Origin: Thermodesulfobacterium commune DSM 2178
GTDB taxonomy: Bacteria; Desulfobacterota; Thermodesulfobacteria; Thermodesulfobacteriales; Thermodesulfobacteriaceae
Direction: 5' to 3'
DNA: 32,000 nt
Assembly: GCF_000734015.1 (NCBI RefSeq)
Contig: NZ_CP008796.1
Coordinates: forward strand, 1,710,001 to 1,742,000
Part shown: piece after piece, positions 1 through 9,485 of the stretch
How the letters are laid out: each line of letters begins with the position of its first letter
Numbering within the stretch: position 1 is the stretch's first letter
Translations under genes and position numbers: made by a program
Notes under the pieces: model-generated
The model's input: the letters and a program-made list of their open reading frames with translations, nothing else
Told to the model about the DNA's origin: nothing
Database searches by the model: none

Positions 1-3000
1 GTGAGGCTCGCAGAAAGAAACTTGGTAAAAGACTTCAGATAGCTAGAGCATTTAAACAGTCAGGTAATAGGCCTGAATGGATGATTTTAAAGGTTATACC
101 AGTTATTCCACCTGAGTTGAGGCCTTTAGTACCTTTAGAGGGAGGTAGATTTGCTACCTCAGACTTAAACGACCTTTACAGAAGGGTTATCAACCGTAAC
201 GTGAGACTTAAAAAGTTGATAGACCTTGATGCTCCTGAAATAATTTTGAAAAACGAAAAGAGGATGTTACAAGAGGCTGTTGATGCCCTTTTTGATAACG
301 GAAGAAGAGGACGTCCTGTGATGGGGCCTAATAGAAGGCCTTTAAAAAGTCTTTCTGATATTCTTAAGGGTAAACAAGGCAGATTTAGACAGAATCTTTT
401 AGGTAAAAGAGTGGATTTTTCAGGTAGGTCTGTTATTACCGCAGGTCCTGAGTTACGAATGTATCAGTGTGGTTTGCCTAAGAAGATGGCTTTAGAACTT
501 TTTAAACCCTATATTTATGGTTGGTTAGAAAAGCATGGATATGCTACCAACATCAAAACCGCTAAAAGGTTGGTGGAAGAGGAACATCCTGCAGTTTGGG
601 ATGCCCTTGATGAGATCGTAAAAGAATATCCGGTAATGTTAAACCGTGCTCCTACTTTGCATAGGTTAGGTATTCAGGCCTTTGAACCAGTGTTGATAGA
701 CACAAAGGCCATCCAGCTACATCCACTGGTCTGTGTAGCTTATAACGCTGACTTTGACGGAGACCAGATGGCTGTGCATGTTCCGCTTTCGGTAGAGGCG
801 CAGATAGAAAATAGAGTTCTTATTCTTTCAACCAACAACATCCTTCTTCCTGCAAACGGTATTCCTGTAGTTTATCCTACCCAAGATATGGTTTTAGGAA
901 TTTACTACATGACGTTAGAACGTCCTTTTGCGAAGGGAGAAGGTAAAGTTTTTAGAGATAAAGATGAGGTGATCCTTGCATATCAGACAGGAGCTGTCCA
1001 TCTACAAGCGAAGATAAAGGTAAGGATTGATGGTAAACTTTTAGATACAACGGTAGGTAGAGTCCTGTTTTCGACCATCGTTCCCGAAGAGATTCCTTTT
1101 GAAGAGTATAATAAACCATTGACCAAAAAAGAGCTTCAAAAGTTGATAGACATTTCTTATCGTAGAGCAGGTATTAAGAAAACAGTAATTTTTGCGGATA
1201 AATTAAAAGATTTGGGGTTTGCACAAGCTACTGAAGCTGCTCTTTCTATTTCTGTGGATTATCTTACCATTCCTAAGAAAAAAGCGGAAATTTTGGCTGA
1301 GGCAGATAGAAAGATTGCAGAGATCTGGGAGCAGTATAGAGAAGGTTTGATCACCGAGAGTGAAAGGTATAACAAAGCAATAGATATATGGTCTAATGCT
1401 ACTGAGCGTGTTACTGAAGAGATGATTAAAGAAATGGAAACCAAGGAATATATCGGGCCTAACGGAGAGAAAGTGATAGGTCCCAGCTTTAACCCAGTCT
1501 ACATCATGGCCTTTTCTGGAGCTCGTGGTTCTAAAGATCAGATAAGGCAGCTTGCTGGTATGAGAGGTTTGATGGCTAAACCCTCTGGAGAAATTATTGA
1601 AACACCGATTAAAAGTAATTTCAGAGAAGGGCTTTCAGTTTTGGAATACTTTGTGTCTACCCATGGAGCCCGTAAAGGACTTGCAGACACAGCTTTAAAA
1701 ACCGCTAATGCCGGATATTTAACAAGAAAATTAGTAGATGTTGCTCAAGACTGTGTGGTAACTGAAGAAGATTGTGGAACCATAGATGGTATAGAGGTAG
1801 GTCATCTTATTGAGGCAGGTGAGATTATCGAACCTGTTTGGGATAGAGTGTTGGGAAGGGTTGCCTTAGAAGATATTTTAGACCCTATTACAGGAGAGGT
1901 ATTGATCGAAGCTAATCAAGAAATAGATGAAGAAGGGGTTAAAAAGCTTAAAGAAGCAGGAATAGAGAAGGTCATGATAAGGTCTGTGCTTACCTGTGAG
2001 GCAAAGCATGGAGTTTGTAGAAAGTGTTATGGAAGAGACCTTGCTACTGGAAAGTTGGTGGAAATAGGAGAAGCCGTAGGGATTATTGCCGCTCAGTCTA
2101 TTGGAGAACCTGGAACTCAGCTTACGATGAGAACCTTCCACATCGGAGGTGCGGTAGGTAAGGCTTTAGAACAAAGCGAACACAGAGCTCAGTCAAGAGG
2201 TTTGATAAAGTTTCTTAATTTAAGACTGGTTAGAAGGGAAGATGGTACTTTAGTGGCTTTAAACAGACAAGGAGAGATTGCTATCGTGTCTCCTGACGGT
2301 AGGATTTTAGAAAAATATCCAGTCACCTATGGTGCTAAGATTAAAGTAGAAGAAGGTCAAGAGGTAAAACCTGGAGACCTCTTGGTAGAATGGGATCCTT
2401 ATACCACACCTATCATCGCCGAAGTTTCTGGAAGGGTAAAGTTTGGAGATATCATAGACGGGGTAACGGTTGATGAAAAGATAGACGTAACCACCGGTAG
2501 AGCAAGTATTATCGTAAGAGACTACAAACTTACCGACTATAGACCAAGGATTTCTATCAAAGATGAGAAAGGAAGAACCATCGACCTTCCAGACGGAAGA
2601 GGTAAAGCCAGATATGAGCTACCGGTAGGAGCTATCATCAGCGTTCAAGAAGGAGAGATGGTAAAGGCAGGAGATATCATCGCAAGAATTCCTCGAGAAA
2701 CTTTGAAAGCTAAAGACATTACCGGAGGTCTTCCTAAGGTTACCGATTTATTTGAAGCACGTAAACCTAAAGAGTATGCTACTATCACTGAGATCGATGG
2801 AACGGTAGTGTTTGAAAAAGAAGCCAGAGGTAAGAAAAAGATAGTTATTCAACCTGAGGTAGGAGAGCCTTTAGAGTACTATATCTCTAAAGGTAAACAT
2901 ATTTTGGTAAGAGAAGGCGATGTGGTTAAAGCTGGAGATCCTTTGGTGGAAGGTTCTCCTAACCCTCACGATATCCTAAAAGTTAAAGGAGTTAAAGGGG

Positions 3001-3434
3001 TTGCAAGGTTTTTGGTTGAAGAGATTCAGGAAGTTTACAGACTTCAAGGTGTTAAGATAAACGACAAACACTTTGAGGTTATCGTAAAACAGATGCTTAA
3101 AAAAGTGAAAATAAAAGACCCAGGCGATACCAATTTTATGATCGGTGAGTATGTGGATAAGGTTAAGTTTGAAGAGGAAAACGAAAAAATCATAGCTACT
3201 GGAGGTAAACCAGCAGTAGCCGAACCTGTAATCCTTGGTATAACAAAAGCAGCCTTGCTTACTGATTCCTGGTTGTCTGCTGCCTCCTTCCAGGAAACTA
3301 CGAGAGTTCTTACCGAGGCCTCTATTGCCGGTAAGGTAGACTATCTAAAGGGACTAAAAGAAAACGTAATCATTGGAAGGTTAATTCCTGCAGGGACAGG
3401 AAGGATTGTTTACGAAGAAAAAGGATGGCTGTAA
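1..3434 (+). CDS. rpoC: DNA-directed RNA polymerase subunit beta' (5' end cut by window edge)
   Basis: ORF 81..3434 stays open in the same frame back to position 3 ([27 protein letters not shown]...), so the gene starts upstream of the window. Hallmark beta' motifs are present: NADFDGDQM (catalytic Mg site), [16 protein letters not shown] (trigger-loop region) and [12 protein letters not shown] near the C-terminus. A long insertion after the trigger loop resembles the SI3-type insert of diderm beta' subunits. Confidence 0.97.
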   Translation, partial: EARRKKLGKRLQIARAFKQSGNRPEWMILKVIPVIPPELRPLVPLEGGRFATSDLNDLYRRVINRNVRLKKLIDLDAPEIILKNEKRMLQEAVDALFDNGRRGRPVMGPNRRPLKSLSDILKGKQGRFRQNLLGKRVDFSGRSVITAGPELRMYQCGLPKKMALELFKPYIYGWLEKHGYATNIKTAKRLVEEEHPAVWDALDEIVKEYPVMLNRAPTLHRLGIQAFEPVLIDTKAIQLHPLVCVAYNADFDGDQMAVHVPLSVEAQIENRVLILSTNNILLPANGIPVVYPTQDMVLGIYYMTLERPFAKGEGKVFRDKDEVILAYQTGAVHLQAKIKVRIDGKLLDTTVGRVLFSTIVPEEIPFEEYNKPLTKKELQKLIDISYRRAGIKKTVIFADKLKDLGFAQATEAALSISVDYLTIPKKKAEILAEADRKIAEIWEQYREGLITESERYNKAIDIWSNATERVTEEMIKEMETKEYIGPNGEKVIGPSFNPVYIMAFSGARGSKDQIRQLAGMRGLMAKPSGEIIETPIKSNFREGLSVLEYFVSTHGARKGLADTALKTANAGYLTRKLVDVAQDCVVTEEDCGTIDGIEVGHLIEAGEIIEPVWDRVLGRVALEDILDPITGEVLIEANQEIDEEGVKKLKEAGIEKVMIRSVLTCEAKHGVCRKCYGRDLATGKLVEIGEAVGIIAAQSIGEPGTQLTMRTFHIGGAVGKALEQSEHRAQSRGLIKFLNLRLVRREDGTLVALNRQGEIAIVSPDGRILEKYPVTYGAKIKVEEGQEVKPGDLLVEWDPYTTPIIAEVSGRVKFGDIIDGVTVDEKIDVTTGRASIIVRDYKLTDYRPRISIKDEKGRTIDLPDGRGKARYELPVGAIISVQEGEMVKAGDIIARIPRETLKAKDITGGLPKVTDLFEARKPKEYATITEIDGTVVFEKEARGKKKIVIQPEVGEPLEYYISKGKHILVREGDVVKAGDPLVEGSPNPHDILKVKGVKGVARFLVEEIQEVYRLQGVKINDKHFEVIVKQMLKKVKIKDPGDTNFMIGEYVDKVKFEEENEKIIATGGKPAVAEPVILGITKAALLTDSWLSAASFQETTRVLTEASIAGKVDYLKGLKENVIIGRLIPAGTGRIVYEEKGWL

Positions 3435-3451
3435 GACCAAATAGACTTTAA

Positions 3452-3490
3452 ATAAAAAAGGGAGGGTTTCAAAAACCCTCCCTTTTTTAT
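3452..3490. terminator. Bidirectional rho-independent terminator between convergent rpoC and rpsO
   Basis: Perfect 10-bp stem GGGAGGGTTT (3460-3469) / AAACCCTCCC (3473-3482) with a 3-nt loop. An A-run lies upstream (3454-3459) and a T-run downstream (3483-3488), so it reads as hairpin plus U-tract on both strands. Confidence 0.8.
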
Positions 3491-3518
3491 TTGTTTTTAA
3501 AGGATTGAATTTTTGAGC

Positions 3519-3788
3519 TTACTTTTTAAGTCCTATTTTCTGAAGCAAAATCTGATATCTGTTAAAATCTGTTCTTTTAAGATAGTTTAAAAGAGCCCTT
3601 CTCTGACCGATCAACTTCATAAGACCTCTTCTTGAATGAAAGTCTTTGCGATGAGTTTTTAGGTGTTCCTCCAGTTGTTTTATCCTTGCGGTTAGCAAGG
3701 CAATCTGAACCTCTGGAGAACCTGTGTCGTTGGGGTGACGCTGGAAAGTTTGGATGATCTCTTGCTTTAACTCCGGGTCTAAAGGCAT
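3519..3788 (-). CDS. rpsO: 30S ribosomal protein S15
   Basis: 89 aa with typical S15 sequence ([48 protein letters not shown]). GGAGG (complement of 3797-3801) lies 8 nt upstream of the ATG. Confidence 0.95.
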   Translation of the reverse strand: MPLDPELKQEIIQTFQRHPNDTGSPEVQIALLTARIKQLEEHLKTHRKDFHSRRGLMKLIGQRRALLNYLKRTDFNRYQILLQKIGLKK

Positions 3789-4040
3789 ACACTCAACCTC
3801 CTTTTTGTATTTTTAAGCCTGGGGAAGGCTTATTCCACCCCCAAGCAGTTATCTTAAATATAACTGATTTTTGAAAAAATACAAACCTAAGTTTGGCCTA
3901 TCGCCCTCTTGTCTAAAATTTTTTTAGCAGTAATGTTAATTTAATGTTGAAAAAATTTTTTAATGATATTTTATGAGGTTTTTATTTTGATATTTCAATT
4001 CTGTTTGTTATGGTTTTTATTAAAATAGAGAGGTGCAAAG

Positions 4041-7000
4041 ATGTTTAAAAGAGGAATCTGGGTTTTGGTTCTTCTAATCTTGATAAACTTGATTTTTGTA
4101 TCATGGGCTCTTGCTAAGAGGGAGGTAAGGTCAGAATTGTTAAAAACTGAAGGAGTTTATGTAATCAACGTGGTAACGGGATCTCCAGCCGCTAAAGCAG
4201 GATTAAACCCAGGAGATATCATTTTAACGATTAACAACCAGCCGGTTTCTGTAGAAAACATAAAAACTCTTGTCTTATCAGGGACTCTCAGTGGGAACAA
4301 CCCCAACATCGTGATGTCAGTTTTAAGAAACGGCAAGATTTTTAATGTTTCTACCCATGTACACCCGGAAAATCCAAACTTAGGGGTTGTGGTTAGAGCT
4401 CCTCAGGAAATAAAAAGAGTTTCTTCTGATAGTTATTCAGGGCAGAGGTTGATAGAAAAGGCAAACAAAAAAGTGGAGGTTTATGAAGTTTCTGAAAAAG
4501 ATAGTTTATTTACCAAAGTTTCTTCTATCAACGTTTTAGACGCAGTTTTCATAGATAAAAACACCGGAGAGATTACGTTTGTTGGACATTATGATGACAG
4601 GTATAAAACTGGTCCTCTACCTTATTTTCAGATATTAGACGAGGCTTTGAAATATCCCTATCCATCTTTTTCTTTAGACCCAACCCCAAACACAGAAAGG
4701 GCGTTAAAAGAGATAAAAAATATTTTTGATAAAGAGATCTCAAGGGTTAGTAGAGACCCAAGTTATGGGACTAACTGGTTGTCAAGTATTTTTAAAGAGA
4801 TTTTATATTCTGATAACCAGCTGCCAGAAAAACAGATACTTTTAGCAAGGCTTAAGAAATTTTCTATAACCCCAGAGGAATTTAATGCTTATCTTAGGTG
4901 GGATCCAAAATCAAAAAATTGGAGGTTTGACAGCAAAGAGCAGCTTGAGATGTATTTTAATCTGCAAAGTTTTTTCATTAAAGTCTTTAAGGCGTTAGGA
5001 TTTGAGGGTAAGTATGGGCAGGCTGTGGTGGAATGGTGGGGATTTCAGAAGTTTGCAGAAGCGTATGGTATGGAAAATGCGGGACACTGGTTTAGACAAG
5101 TTTACGAAACAATGGGACTTATAGAGGATTTTGAAAAAATAAGGACTTTGTTTAATACCGGTCAGATAGATAATTGGGAAGCCACTCGGAGATTACTATT
5201 TCTTTTTTACGTAAACCTTTTTAAAGGTATTGGGGTAGACGAACATACCATAAATGATCTATTAAGAAGAGCCCCAAAAACAGGCAAAATAGACTTAGAA
5301 CTAAGCGAATTTGCTAATAAAAGAGTAGAAAAAATCCAATCAGAGTTCCTTATAGATTTTTTAATAAATAACCTTGTTTTAAGTGATACTTTTCTAAAAA
5401 AGCGTTTTAGACTGCCGGCGATTGAAGTTAAGCCTACTTACTATAACCTTCCCTCGGATACATATATGGCTAAAATTTTCTTTTATGCAGACTATACTTT
5501 AAAATACTTAACCACAATAAACCCTGAGACAGCGACTCTTAAAGATTTTGATCCTTTTGTGGCTTACCTCAGTAAAAAAGCTGAGGAAAAGGGAAAAGGC
5601 AAAGAGTTTCAGATGATGCAAAGTGGTTTTGATAGATACTGGCTTTTTCCTGGGAGAGTTGAGTTAAAGGTTAGTCAAGATAAATCAGCGATTTATTTTG
5701 GGAAATCTGAGGTTAAAATTGGTAGTGAAAGTCTATCTTCAGGTATGCCTTCTTGGTATAATGAGATCTTAAAAGAATATTCACAAACATTAACAGAAAG
5801 ATACGAAGAATTTGCTCAGATATTTCCTTCTCTTCATACTATGCGAGAGGTTCAGAAGATAATAGCTTTAGCCAGATGGATTCATGTCAATGGTCTTAAG
5901 GTAACCTTGCCGCATTACCAAAAAGTAGAGTTAGAAAGCCTTGATGGGGTTACTGGAACTACAGTAGCCGCCTTTTATTCTTCAAAAACAAGAGATACCT
6001 TTTCCTTTTTTGTTGAAAACCATGGAGGAGGTATAGACTATACTGAAAAAAGTAATGCTTGGATACAGGGAAAGTATATAGAAACCAAAGATGCACTTCA
6101 TCAGCTTGCAGCAAGCTCAGCTTTAGCTGAAAAGGCTGTAGCTTCAGCCCTTGCAGGCGACCTTGAGGCTGCCAGAGCCCTTGCTGAAAAAAGTGCTCAA
6201 GCTATGGTTGGTCATATCGACCTTGGGAGCTTAGGGATTAAAATACCTCCTACAGTTAGTCCTAAACTTAGTTCTTTACCAGTAGGCTCTCAAGGAGTTT
6301 TTACTCAAAAAACTTTAGAAGTCGTCGGGGCTAATCTTGATGAATATGTGAAATTGAAAAAAGATTTAAAGGTAGCAGAAGGTTATAAAGATGTTGACCC
6401 AGAAAAGTACCAGCAAATTTTAACTGAGGCTAAGGTTAAAGAAGCTAAGATAAAAGAGTCCTTGCAAAAACTTAACGAACTTTTAAACAGTTATAGAAAT
6501 AACCCGTTAGATTACAAGAGAATAGAACAGGAATTGGTTCAATTAAACCCCAAAAAACCTTCTTTCATAGATGTAGCAGCTTTAAAGCCTAAACCTGAAG
6601 ATTTAAAACCTAAGACTGAAAAGGATAAACAAATCAAGAAAGAAAGACTTTTGCCTGATGAGCGTAAACTTAGAGAAGAGTTGGCAGACCTAAGACATAA
6701 ACTTGAGCTTGCGAAAACCAACTTAGACCAGTTAACCAAGATTATCATGGAAAATACTAAAGAGTTTGAAAGGTGGAGGGAAAAGACTGAAAGGGCTATT
6801 TCAAGCAGTGAAGCCAGATTTAAAGAAGTTATGTTAGATATGATCCAGGAAAACATTTTTGAAAATATAAAATATGAATTTTCTAAATATCCAAATAGGG
6901 TAAAAGAAATTGAAAAATTTCAACAACTTTTGGATACTAAAGATTTTACAGATTGGGCCTCGATGGATCCCAAAACCTGGGAAGATATAGCAGAAGGATT

Positions 7001-7268
7001 GGTTAAAGCAGTAAATGCCCTCCCTGGTATAGGAGATTACACCAAGAAATTGACCAAAACTTTATATCATTTGGTTAATACTGGGTATGATGTAACCACG
7101 ATCTTTATCCATTGGAAGAAGATGAAAGAGTTTGAAAAGAACTTAGATCTATACTTTAAGGCTGTAGCTACACAAAAAGAATATATGGCTAAGACTATAA
7201 AGCGTATAAAGGAAATAGAAGAGGAGTTGGAAAAACTTGCTAAAGCTAAAGAAAACCCTCAGCTATAA
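4041..7268 (+). CDS. Large membrane-anchored PDZ-domain / coiled-coil protein of unknown function
   Basis: 1075-aa uninterrupted ORF with GAGAGGTG 5 nt before the ATG. It has an N-terminal hydrophobic anchor (IWVLVLLILINLIFVSWALA) and a PDZ-like segment (GVYVINVVTGSPAAKAGLNPGDIILTINNQPV, nt ~4146-4356). About 550 aa follow with no motif I recognise. Then come an Ala-rich helix (nt ~6090-6215) and a ~300-aa K/E-rich heptad-like tail. Confidence 0.8.
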   Translation: MFKRGIWVLVLLILINLIFVSWALAKREVRSELLKTEGVYVINVVTGSPAAKAGLNPGDIILTINNQPVSVENIKTLVLSGTLSGNNPNIVMSVLRNGKIFNVSTHVHPENPNLGVVVRAPQEIKRVSSDSYSGQRLIEKANKKVEVYEVSEKDSLFTKVSSINVLDAVFIDKNTGEITFVGHYDDRYKTGPLPYFQILDEALKYPYPSFSLDPTPNTERALKEIKNIFDKEISRVSRDPSYGTNWLSSIFKEILYSDNQLPEKQILLARLKKFSITPEEFNAYLRWDPKSKNWRFDSKEQLEMYFNLQSFFIKVFKALGFEGKYGQAVVEWWGFQKFAEAYGMENAGHWFRQVYETMGLIEDFEKIRTLFNTGQIDNWEATRRLLFLFYVNLFKGIGVDEHTINDLLRRAPKTGKIDLELSEFANKRVEKIQSEFLIDFLINNLVLSDTFLKKRFRLPAIEVKPTYYNLPSDTYMAKIFFYADYTLKYLTTINPETATLKDFDPFVAYLSKKAEEKGKGKEFQMMQSGFDRYWLFPGRVELKVSQDKSAIYFGKSEVKIGSESLSSGMPSWYNEILKEYSQTLTERYEEFAQIFPSLHTMREVQKIIALARWIHVNGLKVTLPHYQKVELESLDGVTGTTVAAFYSSKTRDTFSFFVENHGGGIDYTEKSNAWIQGKYIETKDALHQLAASSALAEKAVASALAGDLEAARALAEKSAQAMVGHIDLGSLGIKIPPTVSPKLSSLPVGSQGVFTQKTLEVVGANLDEYVKLKKDLKVAEGYKDVDPEKYQQILTEAKVKEAKIKESLQKLNELLNSYRNNPLDYKRIEQELVQLNPKKPSFIDVAALKPKPEDLKPKTEKDKQIKKERLLPDERKLREELADLRHKLELAKTNLDQLTKIIMENTKEFERWREKTERAISSSEARFKEVMLDMIQENIFENIKYEFSKYPNRVKEIEKFQQLLDTKDFTDWASMDPKTWEDIAEGLVKAVNALPGIGDYTKKLTKTLYHLVNTGYDVTTIFIHWKKMKEFEKNLDLYFKAVATQKEYMAKTIKRIKEIEEELEKLAKAKENPQL

Positions 7269-7297
7269 GTTAGATTATGCGAAAGCCCACTTTAGCC

Positions 7298-7325
7298 TTG
7301 ACTTTTGTTGAAGGTTTATTATACT
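7298..7325 (+). promoter_or_regulatory. Candidate sigma-70-type promoter for the acyP operon
   Basis: TTGACT (7298-7303), 16-nt spacer, TATACT (7320-7325), about 40 nt upstream of the acyP ATG. Confidence 0.35.
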
Positions 7326-7366
7326 TCTAAACATAGCTTATAACTAAAGATCGATGGGGAGCCCTT

Positions 7367-7639
7367 ATGAAAAGGGTACATGTTTATATCTCTGGTAAGG
7401 TACAAGGAGTTTATTTTAGAGCTTATACAGAAGAAGAAGCTTTAAGACTTGGGGTAAAAGGTTGGGTGAGAAACCTTCCTGACGGAAGGGTTGAGGCGGT
7501 ATTTGAAGGCGAAGACGAGGCAGTCGATCAGATGGTAGCCTGGTGTCATCGAGGCTCTCCTTATGCTAAGGTGACTCACGTAGAGGTGATAGAAGAGCCT
7601 TATAAAGGTGAATTTACTGATTTTAGGATAAGACGTTAA
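7367..7639 (+). CDS. acyP: Acylphosphatase
   Basis: 90 aa with the canonical acylphosphatase signature VxGxVQGVxFR (VYISGKVQGVYFRAYT) and GWVRNLPDGRVE. Confidence 0.9.
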   Translation: MKRVHVYISGKVQGVYFRAYTEEEALRLGVKGWVRNLPDGRVEAVFEGEDEAVDQMVAWCHRGSPYAKVTHVEVIEEPYKGEFTDFRIRR

Positions 7640-8778
7640 TGATCGATGTAGACAGATTAGTTTTAGAATTTCAAACCCTTCTTTCTATAGAAAGTCCTTC
7701 GAAAAAAGAAGGAAAACTTGCTCATTATCTGGCAGACATCTTTGAGGCTCTTGGATATCGTTGTTTTTTTGATAAGTCTGCAGAAAATACCGGTTCAGAG
7801 GTAGGAAATCTTATCGTTAAAATCCCTGGAATGATCCCAGCTCCTCCTATATTTTTTTGTGCTCACCTTGATACAGTAGGTCCTTGTGAAAATCCTAAGA
7901 TTATTTTTGAAAACGGGGTTTTTAAAACTGACGGGAGGACCATCCTCGGGGCTGACGATAAATCAGGTATAGCTATCTTGATAGAATTAGCCAGAGTTCT
8001 TAGAGAAAACCGATTCCCCCATCCGCCTTTAGAGTTTATTTTTACCACCTGCGAAGAGATAGGGTTGTTAGGTGCTAAGTTTCTTGATTTAGAATTGATA
8101 GATGCTAAAGAAGGATATGTTTTAGACAGTGAAAATCCAGAGGTAGTAACCATCGGCGCCCCATCTTCCTATAAATTTAAGATTAAGGTTAAAGGAAAAG
8201 CTGCCCATGCAGGTCTTGAACCAGAAAAAGGGGTAAATGCTATTCACGTGTTATCAAAACTGATAGCTGAGTTAAATCCCGGGAGAATAGACCAAGAAAG
8301 TACGATGAACATAGGTATTATCTCAGGGGGTAAATACGTTAACATAGTGCCAGAAACTGCAGAGGCAGAAGGAGAGATAAGAAGTCATAACGCAAAGACC
8401 TTAGAAAGTATGATTCAACAGATAGAAGACCTTTGTGCAAAGGTAGAAAAAGGTTATCAACCTAAAATAGATGATTTACCTAAGGTTTCTGTAAGGTTTG
8501 AAAAACTATATCAAGCTTTTTTAATCCTTCCTGATGACCCTATTTTACAACCTATAAAACAAGCCGGGGAAAAGTTAGGAATAAGTCTCTCCTTTATAAA
8601 GAAGGAGGGAGGGTCAGACGCTAACATTTTTAACGAGAGAGGGAAAAAAGCGGTAATTTTAGGCACAGGGATGCAAAAGGTTCATACCACAGAAGAGTTC
8701 ATCAGGGTAAAAGACCTGGTAAAAGCCACCCAAATTGTTGTTGAGATCGTAAAGGCCAAGGGTGAGTCTTTTAAATAA
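7639..8778 (+). CDS. M20-family metallopeptidase (peptidase T / tripeptidase-like)
   Basis: 379 aa with M20 metal-ligand and catalytic motifs AHLDTV, GADDKSGIA and CEEIGLLGA. The start overlaps the acyP stop (TAATG). Confidence 0.75.
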   Translation: MIDVDRLVLEFQTLLSIESPSKKEGKLAHYLADIFEALGYRCFFDKSAENTGSEVGNLIVKIPGMIPAPPIFFCAHLDTVGPCENPKIIFENGVFKTDGRTILGADDKSGIAILIELARVLRENRFPHPPLEFIFTTCEEIGLLGAKFLDLELIDAKEGYVLDSENPEVVTIGAPSSYKFKIKVKGKAAHAGLEPEKGVNAIHVLSKLIAELNPGRIDQESTMNIGIISGGKYVNIVPETAEAEGEIRSHNAKTLESMIQQIEDLCAKVEKGYQPKIDDLPKVSVRFEKLYQAFLILPDDPILQPIKQAGEKLGISLSFIKKEGGSDANIFNERGKKAVILGTGMQKVHTTEEFIRVKDLVKATQIVVEIVKAKGESFK

Positions 8779-9475
8779 AGTTCTCGATTTTTTCTTTCCA
8801 GAGTTTTGTGAAGTCTGCAACCATCATCTTAAACCTCAAGAAGTATTTGTTTGTAGGCGATGTTTAAACACACTACCTTTTTTAAAGCTTTATTGCCAAA
8901 GATGTGGAAGTTTGGTATCTGAAAGCCTGCTTGAAAAAGGTATAGATAGGATAGAATATTGCTCCTATTGTTCCCAAAAAAACTTTTATTTTGATAGAGT
9001 TTTTGCCCTTTTTCAGTATAAGGAACCTGTTTCTGAGTGGCTGGTGAGGATAAAGTTTGCTCAAGATTTTAGGTTGGCTTTTGCCCTGGGAAAACTGATA
9101 AGGGGATTTTTTTCTTTCTTACTTAGCGATGTTGATATGATCCTCCCTGTTCCTCTTTCTATTGAGCGGTTAAGAGAACGAGGGTTCAACCAAAGTGCTC
9201 TTTTAGCCTGGGGTTTCCTTGGAAGAAAACCCTTTTCAGAAGCTATATTCAGGGTTAAATGTACCAAACCTCAAACCGAGCTTACCGGTAAAGAACGTTG
9301 GGAAAACGTAAAAGGAGCCTTTTTAGCCAAAGATTGGATAAAAGAGAAAAAGGTTCTTCTTATAGACGATGTAATGACTACAGGTGCTACGGTAAACGAA
9401 GCAGCTAAAGCTTTAAAGATGAAAGGAGCAAAAGAGGTATACGTGTTGGTGGTAGCAAGAAATCAGTTGCTGTAA
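8762..9475 (+). CDS. ComF-family protein (phosphoribosyltransferase-like, ComFC type)
   Basis: N-terminal paired Cys motifs (CEVC...CRRC, CQRCG...CSYC) and a C-terminal PRTase loop VLLIDDVMTTGATVNEA. GTG start overlaps the preceding gene by 17 nt. Confidence 0.75.
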   Translation: MSLLNKVLDFFFPEFCEVCNHHLKPQEVFVCRRCLNTLPFLKLYCQRCGSLVSESLLEKGIDRIEYCSYCSQKNFYFDRVFALFQYKEPVSEWLVRIKFAQDFRLAFALGKLIRGFFSFLLSDVDMILPVPLSIERLRERGFNQSALLAWGFLGRKPFSEAIFRVKCTKPQTELTGKERWENVKGAFLAKDWIKEKKVLLIDDVMTTGATVNEAAKALKMKGAKEVYVLVVARNQLL

Positions 9476-9485
9476 AGGGGAAAAG

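Noticed and set aside
3577-3792. 71-aa minus-strand ORF overlapping rpsO in another frame
   Set aside because: The overlapping 89-aa frame is an unmistakable S15. The alternative frame is Arg/Ser/Pro-rich and has no SD.
3814-3843. H-type pseudoknot in the rpsO leader
   Set aside because: The two 5-bp stems interleave, but the second stem's 3' strand follows the first stem's 3' strand with zero linker nucleotides. That makes simultaneous formation sterically implausible, so I treat them as alternative hairpins.
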